The notes under the pieces were generated by a model, which was given only the letters and a program-made list of their open reading frames with translations, had not been told where the DNA came from and did not search any database. Made by a program: the position numbers and the translations under genes. From assembly GCA_000092065.1 (NCBI GenBank), contig CP000594.1: a stretch of 64,000 nucleotides of DNA, one strand, 5' to 3'. Origin of the DNA: Ostreococcus lucimarinus. Taxonomy: Eukaryota. Below are positions 17,178-25,185 of this stretch, one piece after another (the first letter of the stretch is position 1; every line of letters begins with the position of its first letter).

Positions 17178-18968
17178 CTAGTCCGCTTTGTTGTGGATCT
17201 TGTCGCACTTGTCGAAAGCGTATGCGGCGACGGTACTGCTGACCCCGGACGGATCAAAGACTGATGCGAGCTCAGCTGCCGCGCGGACCGCATCCGTCTC
17301 TGATTCCGCGCTGTTTACGTTTTTCATCGCAGAAAAATAGCCGGTAGTCTTACCAACCGCCTCCATACCTTGGTCGAGACTATTTGCCGCCTTTTTCAAA
17401 GCAGCAAGCTTACTCCCAGCTTCGGCAACGTTAGCACCGGCACGGGCTGCAGCCTTGGCCCCAGTTGTCGCAGCTCCACTACTCCCAGCGGTCGCTACAA
17501 ATGCAATAATTTCCAACGGCCCGAGAATCATATTAGTTACCGCGGAGCCACAAGCGGCGTCATCTTTTGCGGCACCCATACCGCAGTTCACCCACTTCTC
17601 ACCGCTCACTGTTGGAGGTTGGCCCCAGCAAACTGGACCGACGCCATTGTAACCACTGCGACATTTCTTGTAACACAAACCAGCGTCGTACTCCAAACCA
17701 GGAGGACACGTGGCTGCTTCAAAGCCGTGTGAGCAGTATATCTTTTTCGGGCAACTCGGCGCAATTCCATGTGCGTACCCATTGCCGGTGCAAGAAACGC
17801 CGCACAAGTTGCAGCCAATCCGGTTCGGATGACTGCTAGGGCAAGGAGGATAACAAAGTCCAAGACAGTCTTGTCTTCCTTTTCTGCTACAGTGCCTTCC
17901 GCCGCATACGAGTCTTGTCCTCGCGTTCCCCAAAAGGCGTCGACCGTTGGCCGCATGTTCGCCAAGGGTGGATGATGATGATGACCAGTACTCCCAGCCA
18001 CACTGGACGGTACCAACACCACGACCGCGGTTACCTCTGTTACAAAAAAGACCATGATCATTCCAGCCCGAGCCGCAGCGTTGATGGCAGTCGTAGCCAA
18101 ATCTGGCATAATTACCGAGGTGGTGGCATTTGGTATAGCACAAGACGCCCCCTGCAATTGTTTCTTTATTGGAAGGGCAATGAGACGGGACTTTGCCCAC
18201 ATCGCGGCCGTATGAGTTTTTCCAACAGAACTCGACGGTGATGGCGTTCGCAACGACAGCACCCTTCGCATTCGACGCAGCACTTACACCATCACTAAAG
18301 CTGTCCCATTTTCCGCCCAACCGAGCAGATAGCATCGCTTCGTGTACCTCCAATAATGCCTTGTCTTGCTCAATCTCTTCGTGCAGTTTTTGCATATATG
18401 CTGAGACGTTCACTGGCGCCGGTTGCGTCGCACCCTCATCCACCGTGGCCTGCCAAACGAAGTTCGAATGCTCATCATTAGCAAGATTTTCATCGTCACG
18501 CCTGCGCAAATGTTGTTTAAGCATCTTAATTCGTAATAGCGTCGCGTTTCTTCCGCCCTTGGTCGATATGAACATGCCATCCTCGGCTCCTGCCGCATTC
18601 AACCTGGGTTCGGCACCTGGGATCACCTCCCCAGGACCCGCACTCCCGAGCAACGCGTGGACTTCTGGACCGAATTCCATCTCGTCAACGAATTCGTCCA
18701 AGTGATCAGGGAGATCAAATTCACCCTGGATCGAGTGCGCGGACAATCCCAGCAACGCAGACGGCCCTTTCGGTGCACTTTCACGGTACGAGAACGAAAT
18801 CACACCCACAGCAAACAGCACAGCGGCCTGCTTCACGGTACACCAGCCGCATGCCGCCGCTTTTCGCCCTTCACGTTCCTCCGTTTGTTGCCAACTGCGA
18901 GCGCCGTCGTTCGACGAGCCGGGCGCGCCGTATGTCTCACTAATCGCCGCCGCTTCGTACGTCGGCAT
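17178..18968 (-). CDS. Cysteine-rich type-II membrane protein (N-terminal signal anchor, coiled region, GCC2/GCC3- or EGF-like Cys repeats, C-terminal Ala-rich module)
   Basis: 596-aa ORF. TM helix AAVLFAVGVISFSY. Repeated CxxC...GY...G..C spacing (CYPPCPSSHPNRIGCNLCGVSC, CYKKCRSGYNGVGPVCWG). C-terminal AAARAGANVAEAGSKLAALKKAANSLDQG resembles the Ala-rich N-terminal part of the 4586..10996 protein (QALAAVKKANEIGGKYG). Confidence 0.6.
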   Translation of the reverse strand: MPTYEAAAISETYGAPGSSNDGARSWQQTEEREGRKAAACGWCTVKQAAVLFAVGVISFSYRESAPKGPSALLGLSAHSIQGEFDLPDHLDEFVDEMEFGPEVHALLGSAGPGEVIPGAEPRLNAAGAEDGMFISTKGGRNATLLRIKMLKQHLRRRDDENLANDEHSNFVWQATVDEGATQPAPVNVSAYMQKLHEEIEQDKALLEVHEAMLSARLGGKWDSFSDGVSAASNAKGAVVANAITVEFCWKNSYGRDVGKVPSHCPSNKETIAGGVLCYTKCHHLGNYARFGYDCHQRCGSGWNDHGLFCNRGNRGRGVGTVQCGWEYWSSSSSTLGEHAANGRRLLGNARTRLVCGGRHCSRKGRQDCLGLCYPPCPSSHPNRIGCNLCGVSCTGNGYAHGIAPSCPKKIYCSHGFEAATCPPGLEYDAGLCYKKCRSGYNGVGPVCWGQPPTVSGEKWVNCGMGAAKDDAACGSAVTNMILGPLEIIAFVATAGSSGAATTGAKAAARAGANVAEAGSKLAALKKAANSLDQGMEAVGKTTGYFSAMKNVNSAESETDAVRAAAELASVFDPSGVSSTVAAYAFDKCDKIHNKAD

Positions 18969-19090
18969 AGTTTGTTCCTTTAGTCGAGCGTCGGATTGTG
19001 GCGAAACGGCGGGTGCCCTCGGTCGGTCGGACGGACTTTCGCGGTCGGTCGGACGAGGGGCCCGTTGGCGCCCCGCGGGTGTGTGTACCA

Positions 19091-19106
19091 GCCCTTAGGG
19101 TTTAAT
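19091..19106. repeat. Telomere-like motif CCCTTAGGGTTTAATG at the island/host boundary
   Basis: Sequence seen directly; lies just upstream of the GC jump at ~19,200. Confidence 0.4.
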
Positions 19107-19222
19107 GTATATTAATGTATTTATGGGTATCATCCCGCGCAATTCGAGGGGTAGATTACTGTACTGTACAGTAACCCTCTAGTAGAACACGCTAGGTGAA
19201 ATCAAGCGCCGCGACCGTACGC

Positions 19223-19304
19223 TTATTCTCGTCGGCGTTTGCCGCTGCCGCTGCTACTGCTACTGCTACTGCTACTGCTCGAGGACGAGCTCGAAGACGA
19301 ACTT

Positions 19305-19342
<38 letters not shown>

Positions 19343-19912
19343 CCACGTCGATTCATCCTCGTCTTCATCCTCTCTTAATTCATCCGCAAACTCGCGCGAA
19401 CTGCGCACCAAAGCCTCTTCAAACTGCCGCTGCGCCTCGCTCCGCGCGCCTTCGAATCGAAACACCAACCGCGGCGTGTGTTTCATCGTCAACATCTTCG
19501 ACAGCATCGTCCGTATTTTCTGCGCGTTCCGCTCCAACGCGTTCCCCGCGATGTGTTCCTCCCCCATCCGCGTCGTTCCGTACAGCACGTGCACCGTCTT
19601 AAAATCTTTCGACACGCGCGCGTCCATCACGTTCGCCCCCGTGCCGTCAAACTTGTGCGCCAGCTCCTCGTGCACCACGCGCTTCAGCGCTTTGCGCACG
19701 CGCGCGCTCTGTCGAATCTGCGCCTTGTCCTGATCGATCGTCGTCCGCTCCACCTCGATCGGGCGTCGCGCCGCGCGCGGGCGCCGCGTCGTCGTCCCCG
19801 CGAAGTGCGCGCCGCTCGCCGCGCTCGCCGCGCCGCGCTCGCGCGCGCCCGCGCGCGCCGACGACGCCGTCGCGGTCAGGCGCATCAGCGCTCGCGTCGC
19901 GCGTCGACGCAT
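19223..19912 (-). CDS. rbfA: Ribosome-binding factor A (RbfA)-like organellar protein with presequence and acidic poly-D/poly-S C-terminal tail
   Basis: Core RVRKALKRVVHEELAHKFDGTGANVMDARVSKDFKTVHVLYG...KIRTMLSKMLTMKHTPRLVFRFE resembles RbfA. ATG at 19912 (MRRRATRAL...). The listed ORF extends upstream (to 20422) only because the GC-rich sequence stays open. Confidence 0.5.
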
Positions 19913-20008
19913 CGTCGCGTCCCGCGTCGCGTCGCGTCGCGTCCCGAGCGCCGCGATGTCCCGAGCGCCAATCGCCGCCGCGCCGCTCGGCGCCGCGCGC
20001 GGGACGCG

Positions 20009-20887
20009 ATGCCACCGCCGACGCGCGCGACGCCCGCGCGCGGCGCGCCCGACGTCGCCCGCGAGTGGGCGGCCGCGGGCGTCGGGTGCGCGCTCGCGGA
20101 CACGGTGTTCAACCCGCTCGAGGTGCTCAAGGTTCGCGCGCAACAACGACCGGACGCGGTCGCGCTGCGAGCGCTCGCGCGCGAGGCGATCGCGCGCGAT
20201 GGATTCGCGCGGGGCTTGCTCGCGCCGGGACTCGCGGCGACGTGGATGCGAGGGCTGTCGTACACGGGGTTTCGAATCGGGCTGTACCCGACGACGCGGG
20301 ACGAGGCGCTGCGCGTCTTCGGCGGCGACGGCGTCGGCGCGCGAGTGCTCGCGGGGGCGGTCACGGGCGGGATAGGCGCGGTGGTGTTTAATCCGATCGA
20401 CGTCGTGCGAGTGCGGATGCAATCGAGCGAGTGCGGGTATCGAAGCACGGTGGGGGCGTTCGCGGAGGTGGCGAGAGAGGAAGGCGTGAGACGCGGATTG
20501 TGGCGAGGCGCGGGGGCGTGCGTGGCGCGCGCGATGACGCTGTCGGGGTCGCAGTTAGCGACGTATGATGTCAGTAAACGATGGTTGTTGAAAAATGGGA
20601 CGTTTAGCGAGGACGCGCCGCCGTTGCACTTTACGTGCTCGTTCGCGAGCGGCGTCGTCGCGCAAACCGTCACGCAACCCGTGGACACGCTCAAGACGCT
20701 CGTCATGTCCAACGTCGGCGACAAGCGAGGCGCGATGACCATCGCGCGCGATGTCATCGCCAATCACGGCGTTCGCGGGTTATACAGGGGCTACTTTGCC
20801 GCAGCCGCGCGACAAGGTCCAGTCATGACGCTCCAAATGCCCATAGTAGAGGCGCTCAGAAGATTTTTGGGCCTCGAATACTTTTGA
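20009..20887 (+). CDS. Mitochondrial carrier family protein (~292 aa)
   Basis: Three carrier repeats (NPLEVLKVRAQ, NPIDVVRVRMQ, QPVDTLKTL) with six predicted TM segments. ATG at 20009; the upstream part of listed ORF 19478.. is spurious. Confidence 0.8.
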   Translation: MPPPTRATPARGAPDVAREWAAAGVGCALADTVFNPLEVLKVRAQQRPDAVALRALAREAIARDGFARGLLAPGLAATWMRGLSYTGFRIGLYPTTRDEALRVFGGDGVGARVLAGAVTGGIGAVVFNPIDVVRVRMQSSECGYRSTVGAFAEVAREEGVRRGLWRGAGACVARAMTLSGSQLATYDVSKRWLLKNGTFSEDAPPLHFTCSFASGVVAQTVTQPVDTLKTLVMSNVGDKRGAMTIARDVIANHGVRGLYRGYFAAAARQGPVMTLQMPIVEALRRFLGLEYF

Positions 20888-21035
20888 ACTTTCGAGCGCG
20901 CGAGATTCGACGCTCGCAGCGATTCGTTGTATTTATCATCTATTCTTTCAGCGCGCTCGAAGCCTTCCCTCGCGCGTCGCGGTGCCAGAGCGCGGCCAAC
21001 CTCGTCCGTACCTCACACCTCGACGCGCCGAAGCA

Positions 21036-21808
21036 TGCGCGCCGCGACGTCGCCGCGGGTTCGCGCCGCCCTACGGCCGTCGACGCGTCTTTCGCGCGTG
21101 CGCACATCGCGCGCGACTCACACGCGCGCGGAGCCGTCGAAAAGCGAGGAAAAGGCGTCGAAAGACGCGCAAGATGAAGATGACGCGTTCGCGATTGATT
21201 TATCCGTCGACGTCGAAAAGGAGTTCAAACGCGGCCTGGAGTTCGGGAACACTGAAGTGCGCGCGCGCTTCCGCCCAGAGGCGATCTCTGAAGTCGACCG
21301 CGGGTTGCCGATCGCGGATTCGCTCGTCGCGGTGTCCGCGCAGGTGCTCGTGGCGGTGGCGGCGCTCAGCGCGGGAAACATTCCGTCGTGGTTGGCGCCG
21401 ATTGGACCGAGGTGGCGTGGATTAGCGTATTTGTTGCCCGCAATCGTGCATGGGGCGAAATTAGCGAGCGTGTGGGTCGTGGGGGGGCTGGCGGGGAAGG
21501 CGTACGAGCGGAAGGCGTTCGATGGGACGTTTCGGGAGGCTATGCGACGAACGGTGAGCGGCGGATGTTTCGCCGTGGGGCTGCTGATATTTATCACGCA
21601 GATTGAAGTGGCGCATAAGTTTCACGAGTTAGGGTTGGGAGATCCCGTGCTTGAATCGTCGCCCGAGGGTGATTTAGTGATAAATGGAGCACTGTCTGAG
21701 CTTTTGGTTGACATCTTCAGCGAAGCCGGCGCGTTGCTGACGTGGCGAGCGATTAGGTGGAACACGTCGCCGACTGATCCGGCATCATTGCTGGAGGAGG
21801 AAGAGTAG
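21036..21808 (+). CDS. Hypothetical membrane protein with S/T/R-rich transit-peptide-like N-terminus (3-4 TM helices)
   Basis: Part of ORF 20927..21808. Hydrophobic segments LVAVSAQVLVAVAALSAG, LAYLLPAIVHGAKLASVWVVGGLAG, GGCFAVGLLIFITQ. Confidence 0.4.
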
Positions 21809-21887
21809 CGATTAATTGTTGTGATTCGATTCTTGTATTATATTATTTTCAACTTTCAATTCGTGTGTGTGTATTTGAGCGCACGCG

Positions 21888-24425
21888 TCATTCTTCGCCC
21901 CACGCTTGGTCGGCACTGCCCGCGTTCTCTTGGTCTTGTTGCGCGGCGCCTCGCAAGTGAGGCGGAACCCATTTCACCTGGGACGAAGTCGGGCGATCTT
22001 GTTCGTTGGAGATATCGTTTGACGTGGACTTTGTGAACGCACTGTCCATCATGATCTTTCCGGGAGGCTTCGCCGGTGCGGGCGCCTTCTCGGGTTCGGG
22101 TTCGGGTTCGGGCGCACGCCCACCTCCCCTCTTCTTTTCGGCTTTTCGTTTCTCCGACAACAAGTTGCCGCCCGAAAACTCTTCGCGCAACTTGGCTTTG
22201 TAATCGTCGAACGATCCATTGAAAACTTGTACGCTTCCTGGGACCGGAGGATTGGATTTCATGTCGCCCTTCGTGACAATCCAAATTTCATCGACGACGA
22301 GCGAAATGAGACGCTCGTCGTGCGAGACTAACACGACGCCGCCTTCGAAGTTGTTGAGCGCCATGGCAAGTGACTCGATCGTTTCCAAGTCAAGATGGTT
22401 AGTAGGTTCATCCAAAAGGAGAATGTGAGGTTGCTTCCACGCGAGTTCGGCAAATGCTAGACGTGACTTTTGCCCGCCGGACAAAACTTTAATCGGCTTT
22501 GTCGCGAGCTCGCCAGACAGGCCGAATCGACCCAAGTACGCTCGCGCCGTCTCTATAGGCATTTCGCTGTCTAGTCTCTTCATGTGCGCTACGCAATCTT
22601 CCTCCAAGTTCATCGTCTCCAAGTGATGTTGAGAGAAACGCGCTAGCCGAAGCTTGGTGTGACGATTAATCCAACCTTTGGTGGGCAAAATGTCACCCTC
22701 GAGAAGCTTCAAAAACGTCGATTTACCAGCCCCGTTCGGTCCGACGATTGCGACTCGGCTATCCATGTCTAACCCAAAGTCTAAGTTTTGGTACAAGGTT
22801 TGATAGCCTTCGTAACCGAACGCGACGTTCATCACGGAGATGCACGGTGGCGGCAACGGCGACGCGGATGGGAAATTGATGCGTAGATACGGATCATCGT
22901 AATCCACGTCCACCCGCTCGCTCTGTAATTTTTCGAGCATCTTCATGCGACATTGTGCCTGACGCACCATTTTCTTGTGACCTTGCCCAAATCGCTGAAT
23001 GAATTGCTTCAGAGATGACTCTCGCAAACTTTGGTTTCGCTGCATCGCCTCCTCGTTGGCTCGGTGCTCAGCGCGCACCTTGAGGAAGGTATCGTAGGAT
23101 CCGCCGTAGTAGCGCAACTTTTTGTGGTGCAAGAAAATTGTTGCCGTCGTGCAATCGTTCAAAAAGCCGCGATCGTGCGACACGATGAGGACCGTCTTTT
23201 CCCACTTTCGTAAAAACTCTTCGAGCCACGTCAAAGCGTGCACGTCCAAGTGATTCGTCGGTTCGTCCAGCAACAACAAATCCGGCGTCATGAACAGCGC
23301 CGCCGCGAGCGCGATGCGCATGCGCCAACCACCGGAAAATTCTTTCGTCGCCTTCATTTGCTCCTCGGGATCGAAACCGAGACCGCCCAGAATTTGTCCC
23401 GCGCGCGCCGTCGCCGTGTCGGCGTCTATTTCGTCCAGGCGCTCGTACACCTCGTTCAAGTCGATGCCATCGATTTGATCGAGTTCTTCGTCCAACATTC
23501 GCTTCTCTAGATTGAGCAAGTACAGACGCTCGGTGTCGGTCTCCACGACGGTCTGCAACGCGGACCGCTCGTCCGGTGACGCCTCTTGCTCGACGTGAAT
23601 GATGTGCAAAAATTCTGGCAACTTGATGACGCGTTCGGAAATCGCTCGCAACAGCGTCGACTTGCCGCATCCATTTCGACCGACCAAACCGTACTTCGTC
23701 CCGAACACTAACTTCAAAACCCCTTCCTGAATCAACTCATCGCGTCCGCCGTAGAGCTGAATACCGCTGATGTGAATGTCCATGTTACAGTTGGCGCGAC
23801 GATTCGCATCCGGGCCGCTTCGAATGTGAAAGCCCAAATCCTCCGAGCTCAACCGCCCCCCGTTCGCCGCGATTCGCGCCTCCCGCTCCTTCCTCGCCCG
23901 CTCCTCCTTTTTCTTCCTCGCTTGTTCCTCTTGCTCTTGCTTCACGCTCAACATTTTCCTCGTCTTCGCCTTGCCTCGCACGACTTTTTCCTCCGGCAGC
24001 GTCTCGCCGTTCGCCACCCTCTCCCCGTTTTCCCTCGCTCGCTTCACCCTCGCCAGCATCACCCTGTACTGCTGACAGCACTCCATCGCGTCTCGTCCAT
24101 CGACGTGCGTCGCGATCGCCTCCCACCTCTCCTCATCGCTCGTCGCCGCGTCCCTCGCCGCCGACGTCCCTCGCGCTCGCAAGCCCTCCACGAGCGCCAG
24201 GTCCTCCGCCTCGTCCCACGCCCCACCGCGTCGCGCGTCCTCGCGCGTCCGTCCCTCGTCCCGCGTCTCGCCCGCGTCGCCCGCGTCCTCGCGCGCCTCC
24301 GCGCGCGTCGCCTTGGCCGCGTCGCGCGCCGCGCGCTTCGCCGCGAGCGCCGCGCGCTTCGCCTCCTTCTCTCGATTCTTCTGTTCGAGCGCTTCGAGTC
24401 GCTCGCGCTCCTTCCGCGTGCTCAT
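21888..24425 (-). CDS. ABC-F family ATPase (two ABC cassettes, charged N-terminal domain; ABCF1/GCN20-like)
   Basis: Walker A GRNGCGKSTLL and GPNGAGKSTFL; ABC signatures LSGGWRMRIALA and LSGGQKSRLAFA. Confidence 0.85.
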   Translation of the reverse strand: MSTRKERERLEALEQKNREKEAKRAALAAKRAARDAAKATRAEAREDAGDAGETRDEGRTREDARRGGAWDEAEDLALVEGLRARGTSAARDAATSDEERWEAIATHVDGRDAMECCQQYRVMLARVKRARENGERVANGETLPEEKVVRGKAKTRKMLSVKQEQEEQARKKKEERARKEREARIAANGGRLSSEDLGFHIRSGPDANRRANCNMDIHISGIQLYGGRDELIQEGVLKLVFGTKYGLVGRNGCGKSTLLRAISERVIKLPEFLHIIHVEQEASPDERSALQTVVETDTERLYLLNLEKRMLDEELDQIDGIDLNEVYERLDEIDADTATARAGQILGGLGFDPEEQMKATKEFSGGWRMRIALAAALFMTPDLLLLDEPTNHLDVHALTWLEEFLRKWEKTVLIVSHDRGFLNDCTTATIFLHHKKLRYYGGSYDTFLKVRAEHRANEEAMQRNQSLRESSLKQFIQRFGQGHKKMVRQAQCRMKMLEKLQSERVDVDYDDPYLRINFPSASPLPPPCISVMNVAFGYEGYQTLYQNLDFGLDMDSRVAIVGPNGAGKSTFLKLLEGDILPTKGWINRHTKLRLARFSQHHLETMNLEEDCVAHMKRLDSEMPIETARAYLGRFGLSGELATKPIKVLSGGQKSRLAFAELAWKQPHILLLDEPTNHLDLETIESLAMALNNFEGGVVLVSHDERLISLVVDEIWIVTKGDMKSNPPVPGSVQVFNGSFDDYKAKLREEFSGGNLLSEKRKAEKKRGGGRAPEPEPEPEKAPAPAKPPGKIMMDSAFTKSTSNDISNEQDRPTSSQVKWVPPHLRGAAQQDQENAGSADQAWGEE

Positions 24426-25185
24426 GCCGTCGTCGAGCGCCGCGCGTTTCGCGTAACGTCGCGTCGCGCGTCCTCGCTCGACGTCGCGATCGCGCGCCGC
24501 GCCGCGCCACGCGCCGACGAGTGCGCGCGACGACGACGTCTCGAGCGATTCGCAATCCGCACCATGACGCGCGTCGTGCGCGGCGTGCGCCTGCGCGCCG
24601 CCTTCGTCGCGCCCGACGTCGACGCCGACGTCCTCGACGCGTCGAGCGATCTCGCGCGGCGCTTCCGGCGACGCCGCGACGCGACGCGCGACGCGCGGTC
24701 GTCGACGCCGTCGCTCTTTTCGTCGTCGACCGACGCCGACGCGCGCGCGATCGCGACGTCGAGCGACGCGCGCGACGCGCGCGACGACGACGCGGTCGAA
24801 CGCAGGGAGGCGGCGATCGCGACGACGCGGGTCTCGAACGCGTGCGATCGCGCGACGGCGGCGCTGGCGGTGGATTTAAGGATCGATCCGACGCGCGTCG
24901 GCGATTTCGCGCGCGGGTTGGAGGAGATGGCGCGGATGGGGTTCGTCGACGACGGGACGTGCGCGGGCGCGCTGGTGCGGTGCGGCATGGACGTCGCGCG
25001 CGCGGTGGAGACGGTGCTCGCGTCGCGGTGACGCGCGAACGCGGAGACGGTGACGCGCGCGCGACGATCAGGCATTCGTCATTCGTTGTAACGCACTCGT
25101 AACGAACTCGACATCGCGCGACGCGCGGGCGACGCGCGGGCGACGGCGACGGTGGACGACGACGCGGATCGACGCGCGACGGTCG

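Noticed and set aside
1-19220. Calling the low-GC island a complete integrated giant virus or polinton-like virus
   Set aside because: Only a primase-helicase and a GIY-YIG nuclease are virus-like. No major/minor capsid, A32 ATPase, polymerase or integrase is visible, and I could not identify terminal inverted repeats, so only a mobile-element/virus-derived module can be claimed.
19913-20422. N-terminal 170 codons of listed ORF 19223..20422 and the first 177 codons of listed ORF 19478..20887
   Set aside because: Mutually antisense GC-rich read-through. The genuine starts are the ATGs at 19912 (RbfA-like) and 20009 (carrier).
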